From assembly GCA_964455545.1 (NCBI GenBank), contig CAYVWQ010000002.1, positions 138,596 through 202,595 of the forward strand: 64,000 nt of DNA, read 5' to 3'. Below the pieces are notes generated by a model that saw only the letters and a list, made by a program, of their open reading frames with translations, was not told the origin of the DNA and did not search any database. Position numbers and translations under genes: made by a program. This DNA is from an uncultured Thermoleophilaceae bacterium. Its GTDB lineage: Bacteria; Actinomycetota; Thermoleophilia; Solirubrobacterales; JACPNS01. Shown here piece after piece: positions 1 through 9,525 of this stretch. Numbering within the stretch: position 1 is the stretch's first letter; each line of letters begins with the position of its first letter.

Positions 1-1080
1 CGGCACGGCCAGGACGATGCCGGCAAACGCCAGTGCGAACGCGATCAACGTCGAACGCGTGTAGGGAAACAGCCGCAGCCATCGCCGGGTTCGTCTGCCG
101 GTGTAGTCGAACAGGACCTGCGCAATACATCCCATGAAAAACGCTTGAACCCCAACCGCGAGGACGGTCGCCCCCAGGAACTGGAAGTTCAGCGAGAGTT
201 CGATAACGCCGAGGTCGAGGTTGGACCAGCTGACCGGATAGACCAGGAGCGCGCCGATCAGCGCGAGCAACAGCCCTGGACGCAGGAGAAAGAAGTCGGC
301 GCCGTAGATGAACATCGCTCGCAGATTGATCCAGGCGGCCTTCCAAGGCGAGAACCATCCTTCGCGCTTGTGGTGCGAGACCCGTCCCTCCTGGTCCTTC
401 AGGAAGGTGACTGGCACCTCGACCGTTTCGAGCTCCATGTGGACTGACTTGAGCACCAGCTCCGAGGCGTACTCCCATGACTGCGACTGCAGGTCCAGCC
501 GGATCAGCGCGTCACGGGTGATTCCGCGCATTCCACAGTGAATGTCCGAGAACTGGCTCGAGTAGAGGCGGTTGAGGATCCACGTCGTGAGTGGGGTGCC
601 GAAATACTGATGCAACTTGGGCATCGCGCCAGGTTCGATCGAACCCTTCCATCGCGATCCCATCACGTACTCGCCGCCGTTGCGAAAGGCCTCGACGAAC
701 GGCGCGAGATTACGAAAATCGTAGGTGCAGTCAGCGTCGCCCATCACGATCCACTTTCCGCGGATGAACGGGATCGCGTCGATGTACGCGCGTCCAAGGC
801 CGCGCGGGGGCGCCTTCAGCACCCGCGCTCCGTGGGCCAGCGCGATCTCTGCGGTGTCGTCGCTCGAGCTGTCGACGATCAGGATCTCGCCGACCACGCC
901 TGCTTCTGAAAGTCCCTCGTGACACCACTCGACAAACTCTGCGATCGTCAGCGACTCGTTCATCGCTGGAATGACAATCGAGAGTTCGGGCTCGACTGCG
1001 TCGTTGGTCGGGAGCAGCAGTTCGAGTTCCGGATCGAGTGAGCGGATCTCCGCTGGGTTCTCTGCGGTGGTTGTGTTCAT
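1..1080 (-). CDS. Glycosyltransferase family 2 with C-terminal membrane helices (3' end runs off the window)
   Basis: Absent from the ORF track because it has no stop inside the window. My translation of the reverse strand from ATG at 1080 reads MNTTTAENPAEIRSLDPELELLLPTNDAVEPELSIVIPAMNESLTIAEFVEWCHEGL..ILIVDSSSDDTAEIA..VMGDADCTYDF..HCGMRGITRDAL..SWEYASELVLKS. This is a GT-A/GT2 signature. The start makes an ATGA overlap with the stop of the upstream gene at 1077-1080. Confidence 0.8.
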   Translation of the reverse strand, partial: MNTTTAENPAEIRSLDPELELLLPTNDAVEPELSIVIPAMNESLTIAEFVEWCHEGLSEAGVVGEILIVDSSSDDTAEIALAHGARVLKAPPRGLGRAYIDAIPFIRGKWIVMGDADCTYDFRNLAPFVEAFRNGGEYVMGSRWKGSIEPGAMPKLHQYFGTPLTTWILNRLYSSQFSDIHCGMRGITRDALIRLDLQSQSWEYASELVLKSVHMELETVEVPVTFLKDQEGRVSHHKREGWFSPWKAAWINLRAMFIYGADFFLLRPGLLLALIGALLVYPVSWSNLDLGVIELSLNFQFLGATVLAVGVQAFFMGCIAQVLFDYTGRRTRRWLRLFPYTRSTLIAFALAFAGIVLAVP

Positions 1081-1790
1081 CTTCTTCGAGCGAGTAGTTC
1101 GTCGAGTTCGCTGAGTCCGGCAGGAGAGCCGATTTCGTAAAAGCGCCGGTCGGCCTCAAAGGCTGCGAGTAGGCCGTCGGCGGCCAGCTGTCCGAGCGGA
1201 GCGGCCAAGTCTACTTTGGCAATTTTGGGGATCCGATCGATCACGATTTCCCGCGTAAAGGCAAGTAGTCCGTAGTCGATGTAGTCGAAGCCGGCCTCAC
1301 CCGCTGCGGCGGCGCTCTTGTCGTAGCGCCGTACGAACCCGTCTCCTAGCACGACGTTGCTCGTGTCGTGGCGGCCGCTGTTGCGGTAGACGCTCATCAT
1401 CGCCGGCCTCTCCTGGCTTTCGAAAGCGCGCATCATCGCACCTGGGTCGATCTGTAGGTAGGAATCGCCGTAGGTGACCGCAAAGCTCTCTCTGAGGATC
1501 CCCGCCTCGATTGCGAGGCGGAGCGCTCCGCCGGTGCCTCGCAGATTGTCGCCTTCGCGGCAGTACTCAACGCGGATGCCGAAGCGGTTTCCGTCGCCGA
1601 CGTGTGCCTCAATCTGCTCGCCGAGGAATCCGACGCTCAACACCGCGCTGTCGAAGCCGGCGGCGGCGAGCCACTCGAGTTGGTATTCGACGAACGGCCG
1701 CCCGGCTACCGGAAGCAGTGCCTTCGGCGTCGAGCCGGTGAGTGGGCGCATGCGCGTCGCCAAGCCGCCCGCAAGTATCAGGCACTGCAT
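1077..1790 (-). CDS. Sugar-1-phosphate nucleotidyltransferase, HddC-like (candidate D-glycero-D-manno-heptose 1-phosphate guanylyltransferase)
   Basis: The N-terminus LILAGGLATRMRPLTGSTPKALLPVAGRPF is the NTP-transferase G-rich loop. The gene lies directly downstream of a GHMP sugar kinase, the HddA/HddC arrangement. Confidence 0.8.
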   Translation of the reverse strand: MQCLILAGGLATRMRPLTGSTPKALLPVAGRPFVEYQLEWLAAAGFDSAVLSVGFLGEQIEAHVGDGNRFGIRVEYCREGDNLRGTGGALRLAIEAGILRESFAVTYGDSYLQIDPGAMMRAFESQERPAMMSVYRNSGRHDTSNVVLGDGFVRRYDKSAAAAGEAGFDYIDYGLLAFTREIVIDRIPKIAKVDLAAPLGQLAADGLLAAFEADRRFYEIGSPAGLSELDELLARRR

Positions 1791-1801
1791 CGGCGACTCG
1801 C

Positions 1802-2782
1802 TCAGTCGCGCGCGACGACGGTCGCGCCGTCGAGGTCGAAGCGAAAGCGCATTTCGGTTACGTCCTCTTCCGCCATCGCCGCGCGGAGCTTCTCCGGGTC
1901 ATCGGCGTAAAACATCAGGAACCCGCCGGCGCCGGCGCCGACAAGCTTTCCGCCGAGCGCACCGTTTGCCATACCGAGGTCGTACCAGTGGTCGATCTGC
2001 GGATTTGACATCCCCTGGGAACGGGCGCGTTTGCGCTGCCAGTGCTCGTTCATCAGCTCGCCGAAACCGCTCGGGTTTCCGCCCTCGAGCTCGCGGCGGA
2101 TCTCCTCGCCGAGCTGCTTGGTGCGGTCGAGTCCGTCGAGCATGGCGGCGTCGTCGGCTTCGGACCTCTTCTTCTGCTCGTCGAGAACGCCGCCGGCCGA
2201 GCGGGTGTAGCCGGTGAAGAACAGCATCAGCCGCTCCTCGAGCAGTGCGAGCGTTTCCTCATCGATGTTGAGCGGTACGGCCTTCACGCTTCCGTCTGGC
2301 TGGAAGTCAAAACAGGTGATGCCGCCGAACGCAGCGATGTACTGATCCTGCTTGCCGACTGACTCGCCGAGCCGGTCGATCTCGATATGCGCGGCCTGTT
2401 CGGCGAGGGCACCGGCCGTCGCGTGGCGGCGTTGCAACGCGTGGATCGCCCGTAGCAGCGCGACCGTGAAGGTCCCCGACGAGCCCAAACCTGTACCGGC
2501 TGGGATGTCGGCGACGGAGACCATCTCGATTCCTGGCTCGACACCGTGGATGTCGAACGCTTCACGGACGATTCGGTGCTCGATCTCTTCGCGGCGTTCA
2601 ACTCGTTCGAGCTTCGAGTACTTGATCAGGTAGTCGCTTGTGAAGGTGCGGTTGAGTGCGATGAAGATGTACTTGTCGATCGCGGCGGAAATCACGAATC
2701 CGCCGCGGCGTTCGTAGTAAGACGGCAGGTCGGTACCTCCGCCGCCGATCGAAACGCGCAGCGGCGCTCGGGTGATCAGCAT
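1802..2782 (-). CDS. GHMP-family sugar kinase, HddA-like (heptose 7-phosphate kinase candidate)
   Basis: Motifs: MLITRAPLRVSIGGGGTDLPSYY and the GHMP motif PAGTGLGSSG. I chose the internal ATG at 2782 rather than the track start at 2839, which removes the overlap with the upstream gene. Confidence 0.8.
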   Translation of the reverse strand: MLITRAPLRVSIGGGGTDLPSYYERRGGFVISAAIDKYIFIALNRTFTSDYLIKYSKLERVERREEIEHRIVREAFDIHGVEPGIEMVSVADIPAGTGLGSSGTFTVALLRAIHALQRRHATAGALAEQAAHIEIDRLGESVGKQDQYIAAFGGITCFDFQPDGSVKAVPLNIDEETLALLEERLMLFFTGYTRSAGGVLDEQKKRSEADDAAMLDGLDRTKQLGEEIRRELEGGNPSGFGELMNEHWQRKRARSQGMSNPQIDHWYDLGMANGALGGKLVGAGAGGFLMFYADDPEKLRAAMAEEDVTEMRFRFDLDGATVVARD

Positions 2783-2816
2783 GCGTCGCGACCCGGAACT
2801 TGGTACTCGACCCTCA

Positions 2817-4271
2817 TCAGGCGGAAGATCCTTGCACACCCTCGCGCCGCTCGCGCAGCCAATCCCAAGCGAGGCGGCCGAGCGCGACGGCGACGATCAT
2901 CGAGGTCACGACGGTCGGGAATTCAAAGCGAAAGTTCGTTCCCATGGTGCCCAGAAACAGGCCCGACTGATACAGGATCGTCCCGAGCCCGATGCCGCCG
3001 ATCATCATCTGGCCGACCGGACGCGACGGTCGCAAGAACACAATCGCGCCGGCGAGCGAGACGATCAACCAGAGAAATGGCGCGAAGAAGAAGTAGCCGT
3101 CGTTACTGTCGTTCGAGGCGAGGCCGATGTATTGAGCAGCTCTCCTATTGAGCGCCGTGAAGCGGGTTCGGTAGCCGAACGGGTTGCTGTCGATGTACGG
3201 ATGCCAGACCCACATGGCCTGTCGGGTCACTCCGATCTGTCGCAGGTAAGCGTGGGCTCGAACGCGCAGGTAGTCGATCGGGTGCTTGACGATCGCCTCG
3301 CGCCACGCCGATCCGAGAGCGGCGTTCGACGCCTTCGTGAACGGGAAGCGAATCGGCGAATCTGGTGCCAACGCGAGTCCGGTCGAAACGTCGTAGTCCA
3401 TCCGCGCGGTCAGGGCCGGCAGCGTCGGCGTACGCATCACCTCCGCCGGTACCAGCAGCTCGTTTTCCTTGACCGAAAGCGCCGCGAGGTCGTAGATATA
3501 GAGGTGGCTCGCCGGATAGATGTTGGTGACCCCGATCGCGCTCTTCCAGACTTGCTGTGCGCCCATGCCGACGATTGTCAGCATCCCGGCCGCGGCGACG
3601 GCCACCGCCACCTGCGCTGGTTGGCTGCGGCGTGCCACAGATCCGAACCGGAGCGCGTACGGCCAGATCAGGAAAGCCACTCCGACGAGCACCGCCGGAG
3701 CTGCGTTCTGGCGGGTTGCAAGTGCCAGGAAGAAGCTGGCCGCCGCGGCGACTTCGAGCAGGTGGCGCCGGCGCCCGAAATTGCGGTAGGCCTCGCTCAC
3801 GAGGCCGCTGCCAAGGATCACCGCGGAGATGAACCAGGTGTCGCGCCCGACCAGCGCGAACATGCCGACTGCGATTGGGGAGGCGACGATGATCACGCTG
3901 GCGACCGCCGCTCCGAGCCTCTCGAGCAGCGCGCGCAGCAAGAGGTAGGAGCCGGCCATGAAGCTGAAGATCTGCGCAAGCAGGACGAAGCCAGCCTCAA
4001 ATCCGAGTGAGTAGAACGGTGCCCACAGCCACTGCAACACCGGGGCGTGCTGGTTCGTGTAGTTGTTGGTGCCCTGGAAGTTCGTCGCCTGGGCAATCTC
4101 GGACAGCGTGTCGGCGTTCATCTGTCCCGGCCAGAAGAACGCGGCGATCGCCAGGGTCGCGAGGGCCATCCATAGAAACGGCGCCGCCGCATCAACCACC
4201 GCGAGGATCCGCGGACCGTTGCCGGGGCTGCTGGATGCGACCTCCGTCTGCACGGGCCGAAGACTATGCAA
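2817..4271 (-). CDS. Polytopic integral membrane protein, GT-C-like glycosyltransferase candidate
   Basis: 484-aa ORF with many hydrophobic segments, sitting inside the glycan cluster. The start is TTG. No specific family motif was recognised. Confidence 0.6.
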   Translation of the reverse strand: MHSLRPVQTEVASSSPGNGPRILAVVDAAAPFLWMALATLAIAAFFWPGQMNADTLSEIAQATNFQGTNNYTNQHAPVLQWLWAPFYSLGFEAGFVLLAQIFSFMAGSYLLLRALLERLGAAVASVIIVASPIAVGMFALVGRDTWFISAVILGSGLVSEAYRNFGRRRHLLEVAAAASFFLALATRQNAAPAVLVGVAFLIWPYALRFGSVARRSQPAQVAVAVAAAGMLTIVGMGAQQVWKSAIGVTNIYPASHLYIYDLAALSVKENELLVPAEVMRTPTLPALTARMDYDVSTGLALAPDSPIRFPFTKASNAALGSAWREAIVKHPIDYLRVRAHAYLRQIGVTRQAMWVWHPYIDSNPFGYRTRFTALNRRAAQYIGLASNDSNDGYFFFAPFLWLIVSLAGAIVFLRPSRPVGQMMIGGIGLGTILYQSGLFLGTMGTNFRFEFPTVVTSMIVAVALGRLAWDWLRERREGVQGSSA

Positions 4272-5220
4272 GCGTTCGGTCTTGAACGGTCAGCCCGCCG
4301 GCCCGACCTTCAAGCGAGAGGCGGCGCGTGACCCAGACCGGCAGCTTGTCGGCGTGCGATCCGAGTCCGCCGAACAGCACCCGGCAACAGTGCCAGACCG
4401 CTGAGCGTGCGGTCCAGAGAGCCAATCGCAGACCGCTGAATTCGAGTTGCTCACGCAGCCACGCGCGATCCGCGTTGACGCCGCGCCGGATGATCGCGCT
4501 GACGCTGCGACGCCCGGGCGTGTGTACCTCGCCGACCGAGTCGCGCATGCCGCGGTAGTCGTCAAACCACCGACGACAGCTCTCCCAGAGCGAGTAGTCG
4601 TGCGAGTGCAGCGCTCCCGCGGACGGTACGTACGCTTTTTTCCAGCCGGCGGCGAGCAGGTCGGCCCCGAGCGCCTGATCTTCGGCATATGGGATTTCGC
4701 GGAACGGAATTGCCTCCCAGAGTTCGCGGCGGATGCAGGAGTTTGAGTTCGAGAGGTAAGGGATCGCTCCCGCGCCCGCGTGGATCACGACATCGCCGTT
4801 CGGCGACATCTCGCCGAAGAAGTCGGTGAGCATCCGCGCCATGAACGGGTTGTTGCCCGGGCGCGGCAGGTGTGGCCCGTACGCCGCGCCGATCTTCGGA
4901 TCGGAATCAAAAACGTCGACCCAGGCGGCGAGCCAGTCGTCGTTGGCCGGCGTGGCGTCCTGGGTCAGAAAGCAGATCAGACGACCGCTGGTCTCAGCGG
5001 CACCGAGGTTTCGCGTGCGCCCATGCTGAAACTGTCGTTGGTCGATCTCGATCACGCGCGCACCCGCTGCTTTCGCGATCGCGACCGATCCGTCGACCGA
5101 GCCGGAATCGATCACCAAGACCTCGACCTGCTCATCGATCGACTGTCGCGCGATCGCATCAAAGATCTCTTGCAGGTGTTCTGCCCCGTTGAGGACAGGT
5201 ATGACGATCGAAATTCCCAT
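4264..5220 (-). CDS. Glycosyltransferase family 2
   Basis: This is the C-terminal 318 aa of the 772-aa track ORF. It begins MGISIVIPVLNGAEHLQEIFDAIARQS..VLVIDSGSVDGS..FLTQDA, a GT2 signature. The upstream part of that ORF is antisense to a better gene. Confidence 0.85.
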   Translation of the reverse strand: MGISIVIPVLNGAEHLQEIFDAIARQSIDEQVEVLVIDSGSVDGSVAIAKAAGARVIEIDQRQFQHGRTRNLGAAETSGRLICFLTQDATPANDDWLAAWVDVFDSDPKIGAAYGPHLPRPGNNPFMARMLTDFFGEMSPNGDVVIHAGAGAIPYLSNSNSCIRRELWEAIPFREIPYAEDQALGADLLAAGWKKAYVPSAGALHSHDYSLWESCRRWFDDYRGMRDSVGEVHTPGRRSVSAIIRRGVNADRAWLREQLEFSGLRLALWTARSAVWHCCRVLFGGLGSHADKLPVWVTRRLSLEGRAGGLTVQDRTLA

Positions 5221-5241
5221 TGGCGAGCAAAGAACGATAGG

Positions 5242-7281
5242 GTGCCGCGCGTGAATAGGCCGGATTTCCCGCGGATCAGGGCGACCTTGCGCTACCGCGC
5301 GAAGGCGATCTATGACTCCTTGCAACGAGCGTGGATTCGACTGCGCTATCGCGGTCCGCGGTACATGATCAAACGCATCGCGCTCGAGGCAGGTCGCCGG
5401 ACCCCGATCGTTCGCGAACGAATCGCCAAGCGCGCTCAGCTCGTGGACGATCCGTCTGCCACGCGCTGGTTTGCCAAGCATGCACGGCCGGTGACCGTTG
5501 TCATCCCAACGTTCGGTGGCGCAGAGATCACCGCGAAATTGGTCGAGAGCATCCGTGCGACGACTCCTGCAGAACTCGTCAGGATTGTCGTCAGCGACGA
5601 TGCCGGTCCGGCTGCGGAGGCCGAGCAGCTGAAACTGATCACCGGCATCGACGAGCTGTTGTTGAACGAGACGAACGCCGGCTTTGCGGCGAACGTCAAT
5701 CGCGGTCTGCGCCTGCGCGATGGGCGCGATGTAGTCGTGCTCAACAACGATGTGGTCGCACACGAGGGATGGCTCGAAGCGCTGCAGTTCGCGGCGCACT
5801 CCGATCCGTCCTACGGCATCACCGGACCGATGCTGCTCTATCCCGACGGTCGCATCCAGTTTGCCGGCACCGTCCGCAATTTCGCCGCCCCGCAATGGTT
5901 CGACCATCGCTACCGGTTCCAAGAGGCCGACTTCGGTCCGGCGAACGTCGAGGCTCCGGCGCTGGCGATAACCGGTGCATGCATGTACATCCGCAGCGAC
6001 GTGATCGAGGCGGTCGGCGAATTCGACGAGGCCTACCCGATGGCGTTCGAGGACGTCGACTACTGCATTCGCGCGTGGAACGCCGGTTTCCAGTCGCGCT
6101 ACGTACCCACCGCGCGGCTCACTCACCACGAGTCGATTACCCGCGGAAAGGAAGTCGGTGAGCGCGAGCAGCGGTCGATGGATCACTTTTGGGAGACCTG
6201 GGGCGACTGGTTCGACCGTCGCGAACCGCGTACGGAAGATGGCAAACTCCGCGTGATCTACGTGACCGAGGACACCGGTGTCGGCGGCGGGCACCGCGAC
6301 ATTTTTGAGCACCTGAACCGGCTTCAGGACGCCGGTCATGAGGTCGCTCTCTACACCCTGCACGAGGAGCCGGGGTGGTTCCCGCTCAAGGCTCCTGTTC
6401 ACACTTTCAAGGACTACGACGAGCTGACTGCGGCGCTCGCCAAAGAAGATGCGATCAAGGTCGCGACCTGGTGGAACACCGCCGAGAAAGTCCTCAGCGC
6501 GAGCTACGCGAAGGGCATCCCGGTCTTCTTCGTGCAGGACATTGAGACCTCGTACTACGACGGCAACCCGTCGGCGCAACAACGCGTGCTCGCGTCGTAC
6601 CGCCCGGAAATGAACACGATGACGATCTCTGACCGGTCGCAGCGCAAGCTGGCCGAGCTCGGGGTCGATGCGGTGCTCATCCCGCCGGGGATCGACCTCG
6701 ACGTTTTCCGGCCGCTAGGGGTCGAGAGGGACAAGAACGTTCTCTTGGCGCTCGGCCGTTCGAATCCGCTGAAGAACCTCCCGTTGACGATCTCAGGCTG
6801 GAAGGCGATGGGCTCTCGGCGTCCGGAGCTTTGGATGTTTGGAGTCGAACCCAGAATCGGTGCCCGCTACGGCGCGAAGTATTTCACCAGCCCGTCCGAC
6901 GAAGAGGTCAACGAGCTCTACAACAAGTGCGGCGTCTTCATTCAGAATTCCACGCACGAAGGCTTCTGCCTACCGGTACTCGAAGCGATGGCGACCGGCG
7001 CGCCCGTGGTGTGTACGGACATGGTCGGAAACCGCGACTTCTGCGTCGACGGGGAAAACTGTGTGATGGTCGACTTCACGCCGGAGTCCGTCGCGGCCGG
7101 TGTGCGGCGAGCGCTCGACGACGAGGCGCTGCGCGAGAAGCTTCGCGTGACCGGGCCCGAAACGGCCGCCCGGTTCAGCTGGGATATCCGCATCGGCGAG
7201 GTCGAGGCGTTCTACGAATCGCTCACCGAGCCCGGACCGATGGCCCGCAACACGGACGACGCCCAGGCCGGCGTTGGTTGA
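5242..7281 (+). CDS. Bifunctional glycosyltransferase, N-terminal GT2 fused to C-terminal GT4/GT1-type domain
   Basis: GT2 half: VTVVIPTFGG..VSDDAGP..VVLNNDV..FEDVDYC. GT-B half: LRVIYVTEDTGVGGGHRDIF..STHEGFCLPVLEAMATGAPVV. The start is uncertain: in-frame GTG at 5242 or 5251, or ATG at 5365. Confidence 0.8.
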   Translation: MPRVNRPDFPRIRATLRYRAKAIYDSLQRAWIRLRYRGPRYMIKRIALEAGRRTPIVRERIAKRAQLVDDPSATRWFAKHARPVTVVIPTFGGAEITAKLVESIRATTPAELVRIVVSDDAGPAAEAEQLKLITGIDELLLNETNAGFAANVNRGLRLRDGRDVVVLNNDVVAHEGWLEALQFAAHSDPSYGITGPMLLYPDGRIQFAGTVRNFAAPQWFDHRYRFQEADFGPANVEAPALAITGACMYIRSDVIEAVGEFDEAYPMAFEDVDYCIRAWNAGFQSRYVPTARLTHHESITRGKEVGEREQRSMDHFWETWGDWFDRREPRTEDGKLRVIYVTEDTGVGGGHRDIFEHLNRLQDAGHEVALYTLHEEPGWFPLKAPVHTFKDYDELTAALAKEDAIKVATWWNTAEKVLSASYAKGIPVFFVQDIETSYYDGNPSAQQRVLASYRPEMNTMTISDRSQRKLAELGVDAVLIPPGIDLDVFRPLGVERDKNVLLALGRSNPLKNLPLTISGWKAMGSRRPELWMFGVEPRIGARYGAKYFTSPSDEEVNELYNKCGVFIQNSTHEGFCLPVLEAMATGAPVVCTDMVGNRDFCVDGENCVMVDFTPESVAAGVRRALDDEALREKLRVTGPETAARFSWDIRIGEVEAFYESLTEPGPMARNTDDAQAGVG

Positions 7282-7300
7282 GGCGGGAGACCGCCGTCCG

Positions 7301-8290
7301 ATGCTCGCCGACTCCACTGAACTACTCAGCTGCCCAGCTTGCTCGAGTGAAGGCAGGTTCGAACTGCGGCAGATCGCCGTCAACGAACGCGAGGTGCGCG
7401 AAGGCGTGCTCACGTGCGGCGAATGCGGTCACGAGGTGCGCGTGCATGACGGCGTGATCGAGCTGATCCATCGTCCGCCGGAGCACGTGGACCGCGAGGC
7501 TGCGGGCCTCGGTCGTTTCGCCGAGCTGATGCGCAGAGACGGCTGGGACCGCGCAAAAGTCCTGCAGCTTCCCTATATCGACGACGGCTACTGGTTCGCT
7601 CAGGCGGCCGCGATGGAGGCGGTGCTTGAGCGCTTCGATTTCAAGCCCGGCGAGCGAATCCTCGACGTTGGTTCCAACACCTGCTGGGCGTCGTCGACGT
7701 TCGGTCGCCTCGGCATGCGGGTTTTCGCCCTGGACATAACCCGCACATTGATGCAGGGCCTCGACACCGCAGAGTGGTGGATGGACGAGCACGACGTTCA
7801 TATCGAACGGTTACTCGGCAGCATGTTCGACATACCGCTAGCCACTGGCTCGATGGACTACGTGTTCTGTTGCGAAGTTCTACACCACAACGACAGCAGC
7901 GAGCTGCCGCGCACGTTCTCGGAGATCGCCCGCGTGCTGCGCCCTGGTGGGACGCTGATCGTCGTCAACGAGACCCTGAAAACACTGCTCGATCGCGTCG
8001 GCAACCACGCCGAGGAGACTGGTGTGGCCGAATACGAGGGCTATGAGCACGCCTTTTGGGCCAGCCAATACCTGAGCGCCGCTCGGGCCGCCGGTTTCGA
8101 GGTCGAGGTGGTGCCGCCGCCATTCCTGCAGTTCTTTCGTGTCGGCGCGCCGGCGCGCCCGGGCTTCAAGGGCTGGGTGAAACATCGGCTGAAGCGCAGC
8201 TCGCTGGTGCGCGCGGCGGCCTTGAAGTGGGTCACCTACTGCTCGCGCGCGACCAACCTCAACTTCGTCGCGACGAGGACAGAGAAATGA
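7301..8290 (+). CDS. Trm112-like zinc-ribbon fused to class I SAM-dependent methyltransferase
   Basis: Zinc ribbon: CPACS..CGECGHEVRVHDGVIELI. Methyltransferase motifs: ILDVGSNTCW, VFCCEVLHH, LRPGGTLIVVNE. ATG 7301 is preceded by GGCGGGAGA. The stop overlaps the wzt start (ATGA). Confidence 0.8.
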   Translation: MLADSTELLSCPACSSEGRFELRQIAVNEREVREGVLTCGECGHEVRVHDGVIELIHRPPEHVDREAAGLGRFAELMRRDGWDRAKVLQLPYIDDGYWFAQAAAMEAVLERFDFKPGERILDVGSNTCWASSTFGRLGMRVFALDITRTLMQGLDTAEWWMDEHDVHIERLLGSMFDIPLATGSMDYVFCCEVLHHNDSSELPRTFSEIARVLRPGGTLIVVNETLKTLLDRVGNHAEETGVAEYEGYEHAFWASQYLSAARAAGFEVEVVPPPFLQFFRVGAPARPGFKGWVKHRLKRSSLVRAAALKWVTYCSRATNLNFVATRTEK

Positions 8291-9525
8291 GCGCGATGTC
8301 GGAGACCGCTGTCGAGCGCATCGTGGCACTTGACATCGAAGAGGTCGAAAAGCGATTTGTCGTGCCCCACGAGCGAATGAGCACGCTGAAGCAGCGAGTG
8401 CTCAACCCGCGGCGCGGCGGTCGCGACATCTTCAACGCGCTCAAAGGAGTGTCACTCGACGTCGAGCGCGGCGAATTCTTCGGCATCGTCGGCCGCAACG
8501 GCAGCGGCAAGAGCACGCTGCTCAAATGCATCGCCGGCATCTACGTCCCAGACTCGGGAAGCATCCGAGTGCGCGGAAAGCTCTCCGCGTTCATCGAGCT
8601 GGGCGTCGGATTCGACATCGAAATGACCGCGCGGGACAACGTGATCCTCAATGCGACGCTGCTCGGCTTGACGCCGGCTGAGGCCGACGCGCGCTTTGAT
8701 GAGATAATCGCCTTCGCTGAGCTTGAGGAGTTCGTCGACCTGAAGCTGAAGAACTACTCGTCGGGCATGCAAGTGCGCTTGGCGTTTGCCGTCGCGGTGC
8801 ATGTCTCGGCTGACGTTTTCCTGATCGACGAAGTGCTTGCCGTCGGCGACGCCGCCTTCCAGCAGAAGTGCCTCGACACGTTCGAGCAAATGCGCGCGAG
8901 CGGTCGGACGATAGTGCTCGTCACGCACGACATGGGCATGGTCGAAAAGCTCTGCGACCGCGCAGCGCTGATCAACGATGGTGAGCTGATCTGCGTCGAC
9001 GAGCCTGCGAAAGTGGCGCGTGAGTACATGAAGCTGAACTTCGAACGCACGAGCGCCAGCTCGCTCGGCGACGAAGGCGACTTCGATCGCTGGGGCGACG
9101 GAACCGCGGAGGTCGAGGACTGTTGGTTCGAGGACGACGCCGGTCAACGGGTCGAACAGTCACCCCAGGGGGACTGGCTCACCGTGTGCGCGCGCATTCG
9201 TTTCGCCGTCGCGATGGAAAAGCCGATCGTCGGAATCGTGATCACGGACGACACCGGAACCCCGGTATTCGCGACCAACACCGACTGGGATCACGTCGTG
9301 CGTCGCAGCTATTCGGCAGGAGAAGAGGTGATGTTCCGCGTGCGTTTTCAGAATCACCTCGAGGGCGGCCAGTACCACGCGTCGCCGGCTGTGGCCCACG
9401 CGAGCGGCCTGCAGATGGCGGACTGGCGCCAGAACGTCGCGAACGTGTTTGTCGCCGCCGAGCGGCGCACCCCGGGCCGGGTCGTGTTGCCGCACGACAC
9501 CACGCTTGAGCGGGTCGCCCAGTGA
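8287..9525 (+). CDS. wzt: Polysaccharide/O-antigen ABC exporter ATP-binding protein with C-terminal extension (Wzt-type)
   Basis: Walker A GRNGSGKST, signature YSSGMQVRL and Walker B FLIDEVLAVGD. A ~150-aa beta-rich tail follows (WGDGTAEVEDCWFEDDAGQRV..IVGIVITDDTGTPVFATN), resembling the Wzt C-terminal glycan-binding domain. Confidence 0.85.
   Translation: MSAMSETAVERIVALDIEEVEKRFVVPHERMSTLKQRVLNPRRGGRDIFNALKGVSLDVERGEFFGIVGRNGSGKSTLLKCIAGIYVPDSGSIRVRGKLSAFIELGVGFDIEMTARDNVILNATLLGLTPAEADARFDEIIAFAELEEFVDLKLKNYSSGMQVRLAFAVAVHVSADVFLIDEVLAVGDAAFQQKCLDTFEQMRASGRTIVLVTHDMGMVEKLCDRAALINDGELICVDEPAKVAREYMKLNFERTSASSLGDEGDFDRWGDGTAEVEDCWFEDDAGQRVEQSPQGDWLTVCARIRFAVAMEKPIVGIVITDDTGTPVFATNTDWDHVVRRSYSAGEEVMFRVRFQNHLEGGQYHASPAVAHASGLQMADWRQNVANVFVAAERRTPGRVVLPHDTTLERVAQ

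Noticed and set aside
5221-6582. Upper part of the 772-aa minus-strand ORF 4264-6582.
   Set aside because: It is antisense to the well-supported GT2-GT4 gene and has no motifs. Only the last 318 aa (4264-5220), which start MGISIVIPVLNG, look like a real GT2. This is a typical high-GC shadow ORF.
8056-8286. Upstream extension of the wzt ORF (track start 8056).
   Set aside because: It overlaps the methyltransferase gene in another frame and is Arg/Gly-rich. ATG 8287 forms a classic ATGA coupling with the upstream stop.
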